The notes beneath the pieces are model-generated. The model saw only the letters and a program-made list of their open reading frames with translations, had not been told where the DNA came from and did no database searches. A stretch of DNA of 64,000 bases from Corallococcus sp. AS-1-6 (GTDB lineage: Bacteria; Myxococcota; Myxococcia; Myxococcales; Myxococcaceae): positions 243,886-307,885 of the forward strand of contig NZ_JAIQDE010000007.1 in assembly GCF_020037015.1 (NCBI RefSeq), read 5' to 3'. Each line of letters starts with the position of its first letter. Positions within the stretch are counted from its first letter, which is position 1. Shown here piece after piece: positions 42,823 through 50,905 of the stretch. A program made the position numbers and the translations under genes.

Positions 42823-43707
42823 ATGACCCTGTTCCGGCACCCTGAAGATCGCATCCCGGTCCTGATGTTCCTTGGCGTCTTCGCGCTCGACATGACGGTG
42901 TTCCTCACGGCGCGAAGCTGGTGGGTACCGGTGCTGTGGTTCGGGCTGGGCATCATCCCCAAGGGGTGGATCTGCTCGTGGAACCACCACCACCAGCACC
43001 TGTCCTTCTTCAAGCACGCGCTGCCCAACCGGCTCCTGGAGATCGTCTTCGGCTTCCAGACGGGCGTGACGTCGCAGGCGTGGTTCCTCCACCACGTGCT
43101 GGGCCACCACAAGAACTACCTGGACCAGTCGCAGGACGAGTCGCGCTGGAAGCGGGAGGACGGCTCGACGATGGGCGAGGTGGAGTACTCGCTGGGCACG
43201 GCGCTGACCGCCTACCCGCGCGCGTTCCAGGTGGGCCGGAAGCACCACCCCAAGGCGCTGCGCACGTTCGTGGTGATGGCCGCGCTCCAGGTGGTGCTGC
43301 TGGCGGGCCTGTTCTGGGTGAACCCCTACAACGCGCTCTTCGTGTTCCTGCTGCCCATGATGGCGTCGCTCTACGTGACGACCTGGGCCACGTACTTCCA
43401 CCACGTGGGCCTGGACACGGCGAACCACTCGGAGGCCTCGTACAACATCCTCCACAAGGGCTACAACCTGATGACGGGCAACCTGGGCTACCACACCGCG
43501 CATCACACGCGGCACGGCCTGCACTGGTCCAAGCTGCCGGAGCTGCACGCGCAGTTGGCGCGCGACATCCCCGCGAACCTGTACCGCCAGCCGGGCATCC
43601 CGTTCGTCTGGCGCGGCTCCGAGGAGAAGCTGGTGCTGAGCGAGCACGAGGTCGCCGCACTCACCGGCGGGCCCGTGGAGGGCCGCGGGGAGAAGCTGGC
43701 CGCCTAG
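42823..43707 (+). CDS. membrane fatty-acid desaturase / hydroxylase-family di-iron enzyme
   Basis: His boxes are WNHHHQH, HHVLGHH and HTAHHTRH, with a further FHHVG. Four TM segments are present. The start is ATG 42823. The 607-aa ORF in the track is artefactual upstream of this. Confidence 0.8.
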   Translation: MTLFRHPEDRIPVLMFLGVFALDMTVFLTARSWWVPVLWFGLGIIPKGWICSWNHHHQHLSFFKHALPNRLLEIVFGFQTGVTSQAWFLHHVLGHHKNYLDQSQDESRWKREDGSTMGEVEYSLGTALTAYPRAFQVGRKHHPKALRTFVVMAALQVVLLAGLFWVNPYNALFVFLLPMMASLYVTTWATYFHHVGLDTANHSEASYNILHKGYNLMTGNLGYHTAHHTRHGLHWSKLPELHAQLARDIPANLYRQPGIPFVWRGSEEKLVLSEHEVAALTGGPVEGRGEKLAA

Positions 43708-43736
43708 CGGTCCCGCCGTCCCCGCTGCAAGCCCCC

Positions 43737-43758
43737 GCCGGAAGCGCTCCCTTCCGGC
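43737..43758. terminator. bidirectional hairpin between convergent desaturase and M28 peptidase genes
   Basis: gccggaag-cgctcc-cttccggc forms a perfect 8-bp stem, flanked by C-run and G-run. Confidence 0.45.
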
Positions 43759-43777
43759 GGCGGGGTTCGACGGACGG

Positions 43778-45196
43778 CTACTTCGGCTGCTGCGGCTCCG
43801 TCGTGCGGTTCGCCGCGAGGCTGATGACGTTGAGGAGCAGGTCCTTCACGCGGCGGGGCTTGTTGCCGCCGTTGTCCTCGATGATCTTCTCGATGTCGTC
43901 ATCCTGCCGGTGGTACTCGGGGATGAGGTCGCCGCCGCCCTCGGGGTTGGACAGGCCCTCGAAGAGGAAGAGCACGTCCTCGCCCTTGCGCCCGAAGGAC
44001 GCGCCGTCCTGCCGGTCGCGGTAGACGTTGATGTCGCGGTTGATGCGGTCGAACGGATCCGCCAACTGCTGGTTCGCCTGGTCCACCACGTCGCGGAAGT
44101 AGTTGGGCTGGCCCTTGGTGTTGGTGTCCACCACGGACAGGCGCTGATCATCCCAGCGGCCCACCATGTCCGTGTTGATGACGCCGGCGATGTTCTTCAG
44201 CTCCAGGCCGGGGATGGGGTGGTCCACGAAGTACTGCGAGCCCACCAGGCCCTTCTCCTCCGCGCCCGTCCAGATGAAGAGCACGGAGCGGTCCAGCTTG
44301 CCGTTCTTCGCGGCCTCCGCCAGCTCCGGCACCGCCGCCATCAGCACCGCGCTGCCGGACGCGTTGTCGTCCGCGCCGTTGAACGGGTTGCCCTTGCGGT
44401 CCACGCCCACGTGGTCCAGGTGGGCCATCACCACGATGACCTCGTCCTTGTGGGGGCCCGTGCCGGGCAGCATGGCCATGGTGTTCACCGCCTGGCCCGT
44501 GGCCGTGGCCACCTGCTGGAGCTCCTCCACGCTGCGCTGCTTGCCCGCGCGCGCCGGCACCACCGACTGGCCCGCCGCCTTCATCGTCTGCTCGTACTGC
44601 TGGTTGAGCCGCTTCAGCGTGTCCTTGGGCATCTTCTCGTCCAGGTAGAAGCCCTCCTGGAAGAGCGTGTGGCCGAACTCCTTGTGCTCGGCGTGGGCTC
44701 CGGCCGTCTCGCCCGCCTTGTCCGCGCCCAGCCAGGAGTAGACCTTGAACTTCTGCTGGAAGGGGTTCTCCGGGTTGTTGATGTTGGGCCCCACCAGCCC
44801 GTACTTCTCCGCGTGGGCCTGCACGTAGACGGAAGCGGCGTCCAGGCCCGCGGAGGGGCTGTCACGCCCCTGCAGCGCGTCCGAGGCCAGGTACTCGAGG
44901 TGCGTCATCGGGTCCGAGTCGGCCGACACGGGCGGCTCGGTGGGCGCCTCCGGCGGCACGGGCGTCGTCGGCGCGGGCGTCGGGGTGGTGGGCGCGGGCA
45001 GCCCCAAAATCGGCGGCGGCGCGGGCAGCCGGGGCAGTTGGCCGGGCGCGGGGCGCGTGCCGCCGGAGGACTCGAAGCCGTCCTTCCAGGCGATGGGGCG
45101 GTTCCGGGACTTCGCCTCCGTCGTCCGGGCGTCCTGCGAGGACAGCCGCGAGACGGAGGTGAGGGGACGCGAGCTGTCGTTGATCTTCGAGGCCAT
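43778..45196 (-). CDS. M28-family metallo-aminopeptidase
   Basis: Zinc-ligand blocks are HLDHVG, GADDNASG and GAEEKGLVGSQ. An unusual N-terminal 95 aa or so is Pro/Thr-rich and low-complexity with no obvious signal peptide. An alternative start exists at MTHLEYLAS (44908). Confidence 0.8.
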   Translation of the reverse strand: MASKINDSSRPLTSVSRLSSQDARTTEAKSRNRPIAWKDGFESSGGTRPAPGQLPRLPAPPPILGLPAPTTPTPAPTTPVPPEAPTEPPVSADSDPMTHLEYLASDALQGRDSPSAGLDAASVYVQAHAEKYGLVGPNINNPENPFQQKFKVYSWLGADKAGETAGAHAEHKEFGHTLFQEGFYLDEKMPKDTLKRLNQQYEQTMKAAGQSVVPARAGKQRSVEELQQVATATGQAVNTMAMLPGTGPHKDEVIVVMAHLDHVGVDRKGNPFNGADDNASGSAVLMAAVPELAEAAKNGKLDRSVLFIWTGAEEKGLVGSQYFVDHPIPGLELKNIAGVINTDMVGRWDDQRLSVVDTNTKGQPNYFRDVVDQANQQLADPFDRINRDINVYRDRQDGASFGRKGEDVLFLFEGLSNPEGGGDLIPEYHRQDDDIEKIIEDNGGNKPRRVKDLLLNVISLAANRTTEPQQPK

Positions 45197-45472
45197 GGTG
45201 GGGAGTCCGGGGGGAGGAACCGCGCTCCCCAGATTATCCGCCGGACCCCCCGCGGAGTTGTGCCCCCCGGCGAAGTTCCGCCTGGGAGTGCGGCGCCATG
45301 ACGCTCCGTGTGAGACCCGGCTTGCTACAAATCACATGTTTCATGTGACATCCGGCGCTACCCTGTTTTCTCAATCATTGAACAACGTGACTGAAGACAG
45401 ACGGACCTGGGGTGTTGGCGCGCGGGGTGCAGTGGGGACGGGGGCAGTCCACCCCACACGACGAGGTAGTAC

Positions 45473-46285
45473 ATGCATCTGAGAATCACGGGTTCCCTGC
45501 TGGCGTCCATGCTGTTGAGCATCACGGGCTGCGCGGGCGGCGCCGACGACGGCCAGGCCGGCTCCCTGGGCGCGCAGGAGGCCGCGGCGTCCCAGTGCGT
45601 GAAGCGGTTCGACGGCATCACGAGCTGCGCGCTGGGCCGCGCGAAGGTGGAGTCCGTCGCGGAGGGGCTGGCGGTGTCCAACCTCACGACGCAGAAGGAC
45701 GGCGTCTCCAGCAGCTTCACGCAGGCCGTGAAGTGGGAGCAGCGCGTGGCGATGAGCCTGGGGGCGCAGGGCGGCTACCAGTTGGCCGCGCGCGATGGCG
45801 ATCAGGTCGTCAGCACGCTGCGGGTGACGCCGGGCCGCGAGGCGAACACGGTCAACATGGCCCCCACGTTCACGGGCTCGCCGGGCGGCTCCGCGTACCG
45901 GATGAACATCTACCGCGGGGGCGTGCTCCAGGGCAGCAGCAGCCAGCCCGCCGGGATGGTCATCACCTTCACCAACTGGCGGGACTTCATCCGCTGGGCG
46001 GAGATGAACCACTTCTTCCTGAACGACTTCGACATCGACGGGCTGTCCACCGGCTCCGCGGAGACGAACGTGGGCGCGTGCGTGTGGCGCTTGAACGCGG
46101 AGAAGAACACCTTCACCGTGGACATCGACGGCAAGTCCATCACCGGTGACTCGGTGGAGTTCATCGAGACCGTCGCGGATGGCGCGTACCCGTACCGCCA
46201 CTTCACGGGCATCGACACGAACGCCATCGCCGGCCAGTACACCGTCCGCTCCGAGTCCATCACCCAGCCCACGGGCGTGAAGTAG
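45473..46285 (+). CDS. lipoprotein, function unknown
   Basis: The lipobox is LLSITGCAGG. GAGG sits 7 nt upstream of the ATG. Length is 270 aa. Confidence 0.65.
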   Translation: MHLRITGSLLASMLLSITGCAGGADDGQAGSLGAQEAAASQCVKRFDGITSCALGRAKVESVAEGLAVSNLTTQKDGVSSSFTQAVKWEQRVAMSLGAQGGYQLAARDGDQVVSTLRVTPGREANTVNMAPTFTGSPGGSAYRMNIYRGGVLQGSSSQPAGMVITFTNWRDFIRWAEMNHFFLNDFDIDGLSTGSAETNVGACVWRLNAEKNTFTVDIDGKSITGDSVEFIETVADGAYPYRHFTGIDTNAIAGQYTVRSESITQPTGVK

Positions 46286-46307
46286 CCCCAGGGCCCGGAG
46301 TCCAGGC

Positions 46308-46336
46308 GCCGGACGGGGATCACGGTCCCGTCCGGC
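46308..46336. terminator. bidirectional hairpin between convergent lipoprotein and lytic transglycosylase genes
   Basis: gccggacggg-gatcacggt-cccgtccggc forms a perfect 10-bp stem. Confidence 0.45.
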
Positions 46337-46346
46337 GTCTTCGCGC

Positions 46347-48797
46347 CTAGCGCCTCCCGGAGACGGAGGACGTGGGCGTCGCCACGTTCCGGCCGCTGCC
46401 CCCCACGCCCGTGGCGGGGCTCACCGTGGGCGTGCGCGCGGCCTCCAGCGGGGCCTTGCGGGCTGGCGCGAAGGCGGCGGGGACTTCATTGGCGTAGAGC
46501 AGCTTGTAGGCGCTGTAGCTGCTGAGCACGCGCTTCACGTAGTCGCGGGTCTCGTCGAAGGCGATGTGCTCCACCCACTCGTCCAGCTCCGCCTGGGGCA
46601 GGGCCTTGCGCCAGCGCTCCACCGCCGCGGGGCCCGCGTTGTAGGCGGCCACCGCGTAGGCGGGGTTGCCGTCGAAGTGCTTGAGCAGCGAGCCCAGGTA
46701 CGCCGCCCCCAGCCGGATGTTCTGCGCGGGCTGGAGCAGCGACGACACGTCGAACGACGCCAGCTTGAGCGAGTCCGCCACCGCCTGGGCCGTCGTGGGC
46801 ATGAGCTGCGCGAGCCCCAGCGCGCCGGTGGACGAGCGCGCGCGAGGGTTGAAGCGGCTCTCCTCGCGGATGAGGCCCTGGAGCAGGTCGGGGTCCACGC
46901 GCGCGGCCCGCGAATGGCTCTGGATGAGCGGCCGGAACGCGAGCGGCCACGTCGCCTCCCACACCGGACGGGACGCGGCGCTGAGCGGCCCGGCGGCCTC
47001 CTGGCGCAGCGTCACGCGGGCCACCTGCCGCGTGGCCCGGCCCCGGCCGGTGCGGCGCATGGTCTGGTAGAGCAGCCGCGCGGGCGCCTCCGCCAGGCCG
47101 CGCGTGTCCACCGCGAGCAGCTCCTCCACCACGCCCGGCTGGCCCAGGCGCAAAAGCTCCACGCCCGCCGCGAAGCGCGCGTCCTTCTGGAGCGGGCCGG
47201 GGGGCAGGGGCCAGACCTCGTCGTTGGCCGGCGCGGCGGTGTTCACCGCCTTCACCGTGGCCGGCCGCGCGGCGGCCTCCGTCAACCGCGCCAGCCGCTC
47301 CGGCGCGTGCTGGGCCAGCCGCGTCCGGGACAGCAGCCCGTACCAGGCCGTGGGCCGCTCGGTGGCGATGAGCTCGTAGCGCGCGAGCGCCGCGTCCACC
47401 GCGCCGGCGTTCTCCTGGGTCCGCGCCTGCCAGTAGCGCGCGCGCCAGAGGGCGTCGTCCGTGCGCGCGGCCTCCGGCAACTGCTCCACCGACATCAGCG
47501 ACGCCAGGCCCGGCTGCGTCTCGCCCTTGCGCAGGTGCAGCCAGAAGGCGCGGAAGAGGGCCTCGGCGGCGAAGTTGCCGGCCGGGTAGCGCTTCGCCAG
47601 CGCCTCGTAGTTCTCCAGCGCCTCGTCCGCGCGGCCCAGGCGCTGCTGCGTCCAGGCCTCGAAGAAGAGCGCGTCGTCCGCGTAGCCGTGCTCCGGGTAG
47701 TCCCGCGCCAGCGTGGCGTACGTCTCCACCGCCGCCTCGGGCTGCACCACGGACTGCGAATAGGCGAGCAGGTAGAGCGCCTGCGGACGCTGCTCGGGCG
47801 ACTGGCACTCGCGCGCCACCGGCTCCAGCACCTGGATGGCGCGGCGGTGCTGACGCTCCTTGCGCAGGGCGCGGCCCAGGGTGAGCTGGGCGCGGCAGGC
47901 CAGCTCGTCCGGGAGCTCCGTGCGGGGCCCCGAGCGGGCCAGCATGTTCATGGCCGCGACGTTCTGGTGCAGCTCCACCAGCGCCTCCGCGCGGCGCACG
48001 CGCCACTTCATGGGCAGGGGCAGGTCGCGCAGCAGGGCGCGCGCGCGGTCCGCCTCCGGCGACAGGGGCGCGGTGGCCCAGACCTCCAGCAGCGCGCGGT
48101 GCTCCGCGTTGTACTGCCCTGCCGCGCGCGCCAGGTCGCAGTAGGCGAGCAGCGCCTTCATGCGCAGCGCGTCCGGCCCGCGGGCCTGCCGGTTGTCGAT
48201 GAACTCCTGGAGCGCGGCGAGCGCCTCCGGGATGCGGAGCTGGCGCTTGAGCACGCGCGCCATGGTGAAGCGGGCCTCCGGATAGAGCGGGGAGCCGGGG
48301 CTCACCTGGCCATACTGCTCCGCCGCGCGCAGCGGCTTGCGCAGCCGCTCATGCGCCTGCGCGGCCTTCATCAGGCAGTGGTCTCGCAGCGGGACGTAGT
48401 CCTCCGCGAGCGCCGTGAACTCGGCGGCGGCGGTCGCGAAGTCCCGCGCGAGGAACGCGCTCTGCGCCTGGAGGAAGCGGCCGGGGAGGGAAGGGGAGGG
48501 CTCCGTCGCCAGCAGCGCCCGCGCGGACTTGTACCGGCCGCGGTCGAACTCCGCCTTCGCCTTGGCCAGCAGGCCCTCCGCGAAGTAGGGCGTCAGCCGC
48601 TCCGGCCCGAAGGCCTCCGCCGTCACCTCGTCCTGCGAGGGCTGCGCCGCGGGCGTGTCGAGCAGGGCCTCCAGCTTCTCCTCCGACATCACGTCGCCGG
48701 AGTCGTCCTCGCCGGGCGCCTGCGCCCACGCGGTGCCCGGGGCCCACAGGCCCGCGCACGCGAGCACCACCGCTGCTGTTCCTCGAAGTCCGTCCAT
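46347..48797 (-). CDS. soluble lytic murein transglycosylase (Slt70-like: superhelical N-domain plus SLT catalytic domain)
   Basis: The SLT catalytic block is GLIREESRFNPRARSSTGALGLAQLMPTTA...AYNAGP. The signal peptide is MDGLRGTAAVVLACAGLWAPGTAWA. The start is ATG 48797. The ORF track extends to 49148 through an Arg/Pro-rich non-coding-like leader. Confidence 0.85.
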   Translation of the reverse strand: MDGLRGTAAVVLACAGLWAPGTAWAQAPGEDDSGDVMSEEKLEALLDTPAAQPSQDEVTAEAFGPERLTPYFAEGLLAKAKAEFDRGRYKSARALLATEPSPSLPGRFLQAQSAFLARDFATAAAEFTALAEDYVPLRDHCLMKAAQAHERLRKPLRAAEQYGQVSPGSPLYPEARFTMARVLKRQLRIPEALAALQEFIDNRQARGPDALRMKALLAYCDLARAAGQYNAEHRALLEVWATAPLSPEADRARALLRDLPLPMKWRVRRAEALVELHQNVAAMNMLARSGPRTELPDELACRAQLTLGRALRKERQHRRAIQVLEPVARECQSPEQRPQALYLLAYSQSVVQPEAAVETYATLARDYPEHGYADDALFFEAWTQQRLGRADEALENYEALAKRYPAGNFAAEALFRAFWLHLRKGETQPGLASLMSVEQLPEAARTDDALWRARYWQARTQENAGAVDAALARYELIATERPTAWYGLLSRTRLAQHAPERLARLTEAAARPATVKAVNTAAPANDEVWPLPPGPLQKDARFAAGVELLRLGQPGVVEELLAVDTRGLAEAPARLLYQTMRRTGRGRATRQVARVTLRQEAAGPLSAASRPVWEATWPLAFRPLIQSHSRAARVDPDLLQGLIREESRFNPRARSSTGALGLAQLMPTTAQAVADSLKLASFDVSSLLQPAQNIRLGAAYLGSLLKHFDGNPAYAVAAYNAGPAAVERWRKALPQAELDEWVEHIAFDETRDYVKRVLSSYSAYKLLYANEVPAAFAPARKAPLEAARTPTVSPATGVGGSGRNVATPTSSVSGRR

Positions 48798-49236
48798 GCC
48801 AGCCCTCGTTCGTCCGCCAGGGACCCCGATGGATTGGCACTGCCCGTGCGCTTGGAACCTGCCCGCCTGTCCCCTTGCCAGGCCCGCGTTGCCTTTCGTG
48901 CATCCGCCCCCAGGCACACATCCGGAGCGCTGCAAGAAAGCCAACGGCTGGCGGGCCGGGCGTCTGGCGCCTGGGGTGCTACATACCCAGGGGCGCCTGC
49001 CTGCTGTCAGGGCGTGCGTGACGCAAAGGCCGCCGGGATTGTCCTGGATGGCGGAGCCCTCGCCGTGTCCTCGACTTCGCGCCAGAGGGGATGAGCGTCT
49101 GCCTTTGGGGTTCGCCGGAGCGGGGCGGGCTGTAGACAGGTGATACATGAGGGAAACCGATGTGAAGCATTGGGTCCTCTTGCGGTTGGCGGGCCTGTAG
49201 CTTTACCGTGCGCCTGCTGCCCTCCCCCGGACATCC

Positions 49237-50166
49237 ATGGCCACTCCGAGTCTCCCGTCGTCGAGTGTCGCAGTCGAAGAAGCCAGGCCCTCGCTGGCCC
49301 GCGTCTGGTGGGTCGCGCTGCGGCCCAAGACGCTCACGGCCTCCATCGCGCCCACGCTGGTGGGGTGGGCCTTCGCCAACGTGGAAGGGGGCTGGCGGCC
49401 GGTGCCGGCGCTGACCTTCCTGGTGGGCTTCATGCTGGCGCAGATCGTCAGCAACCTGGTGAACGACTACTCGGACTTCGAGCGCGGCGCGGACACGGCG
49501 GCCCGTCTGGGGCCCGCGCGCGTCACGCAGAAGGGCTGGCTGTCCTCACGTGAGGTGGCGGGCGCCGCGGCCCTGGCCTTCACCGGCGCCGCGCTGGCGC
49601 TGCTGCTCCTGACGCAGGCGGGAGGCTGGCCCGTGCTCGCGGGCGGCGCGGTCTGCCTGGCGGGCGCGGTCCTCTATTCCGCGGGCCCCGTGCCGCTGGG
49701 CTACATGGGCCTGGGGGACCTGCTGGTGCTGCTCATCTCCGGCCTCCTGGGCGTCACCGGCAGCTACGGGGTGCTCACCCATCACCTCTCCGGCGACGTG
49801 GTGCTCGCGGGCCTGTCCATGGGGCTCATCGCCGCGGGCATCCTCGCGGTGAACAACCTGCGCGACCGCGAGACGGACGTCCTCGCCGGCAAGCGCACGC
49901 TGGTGGTGCGCTTCGGCCGCCGCTTCGGCCAGTGGGAGTACACGCTCGCGGTGGCGGGGGCGTTCGCGCTGCCGCTCATCGCCTGGGCGCTGTCGCCGGA
50001 GCATCCGCGCGCGTGGCTCTTCACGCTGGCGGGCCTGCCGCTCGCGGCGGTGCAGATCCGCGCCATCTGGAAGGAGGACGGCGGCGCGCTCAACCCGCAC
50101 CTGGGGCGCACCGCGGGGCTGGGGCTGGTGTTCGCCGTGCTCCTGTCCGCCGGTCTCAGCCTCTGA
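49237..50166 (+). CDS. menA: 1,4-dihydroxy-2-naphthoate polyprenyltransferase (UbiA superfamily)
   Basis: The motif is NDYSDFERGAD (NDxxDxxxGxD), with a second Asp-rich motif NNLRDRETD. Eight to nine TM segments are present. Confidence 0.85.
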   Translation: MATPSLPSSSVAVEEARPSLARVWWVALRPKTLTASIAPTLVGWAFANVEGGWRPVPALTFLVGFMLAQIVSNLVNDYSDFERGADTAARLGPARVTQKGWLSSREVAGAAALAFTGAALALLLLTQAGGWPVLAGGAVCLAGAVLYSAGPVPLGYMGLGDLLVLLISGLLGVTGSYGVLTHHLSGDVVLAGLSMGLIAAGILAVNNLRDRETDVLAGKRTLVVRFGRRFGQWEYTLAVAGAFALPLIAWALSPEHPRAWLFTLAGLPLAAVQIRAIWKEDGGALNPHLGRTAGLGLVFAVLLSAGLSL

Positions 50167-50236
50167 CTCGGCTAGACTCGCAAGCCCCCGCCCGTCCCCC
50201 GTTGCCTCCCCCGTCGTCGTTCGCTCCGGAGTCCCC

Positions 50237-50692
50237 GTGTTCTTCGCGCCGAAGGTCTTCCCCGCCTGGGGTTCGCTCAGCCATGCCGCCCGGTCCCTCT
50301 ACGGTTGGACCTTCTACACGGTGCCGCTGGCGCTCCTGACGCTCTTGAGCCCCGCCACCTTCCTCACCGTGGCGGGCATGCAGCCGGACCCCGCGGATCC
50401 GCACCACTTCGCGGTCCGCATGTTCGGGTCGCTCCTCACGTCGCTGTCCTTCATGTCCCACCAGGCCGCGGTGCGGGAGGTCCGCCCGTTCTTCCACTGG
50501 GCCGTCATCGGCCGGACCTTCATCACCGGCGTGGTGCTGCTCTGCACGGCGCTGGGGCAGTGCCCGCCCATCATGGCCTTCTTCGCCTGCATCGACTTCG
50601 GGGGCGGCATGTGGACCTTCGTGGGCCTCAAGCGCGACGCCGCCGAGGCCGCCCGCGGCGCCCAGCCCGCCCTGGCCCATCCGACGCCCTGA
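50237..50692 (+). CDS. small membrane protein, function unknown
   Basis: The 151-aa frame has 3-4 hydrophobic segments and a GTG start. GGAG sits 6 nt upstream. Confidence 0.5.
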   Translation: MFFAPKVFPAWGSLSHAARSLYGWTFYTVPLALLTLLSPATFLTVAGMQPDPADPHHFAVRMFGSLLTSLSFMSHQAAVREVRPFFHWAVIGRTFITGVVLLCTALGQCPPIMAFFACIDFGGGMWTFVGLKRDAAEAARGAQPALAHPTP

Positions 50693-50711
50693 GTCACCCG
50701 CGCGATCTGAA

Positions 50712-50730
50712 GTCCGCGAATTGCGCGGAC
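50712..50730. promoter_or_regulatory. palindrome/hairpin gtccgcg-aattg-cgcggac upstream of the multihaem cytochrome gene
   Basis: The perfect 7-bp inverted repeat lies 20 nt after the upstream stop and about 175 nt before the cytochrome ATG. It could be a terminator or an operator. Confidence 0.3.
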
Positions 50731-50905
50731 TCTCATAATGTGGTCAGTTTGAACCGATGAGGTGTTCTCCTCCCAACCCTTTCCTGGCTTCACCATCTCC
50801 GCGTGGCGGAGCGCTGGCGGCGTCGGGAAGGGTGGGGCGCGCGGGCCCGCGCGTGAGGATACCTGCTCCCTTTCCTCCCCCCGACTGCCTCCGGCCTCGT
50901 CTTCC

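Noticed and set aside
46566-49094. 842-aa plus-strand ORF antisense to the lytic transglycosylase
   Set aside because: It is an antisense artefact. The SLT catalytic motif is on the minus strand.
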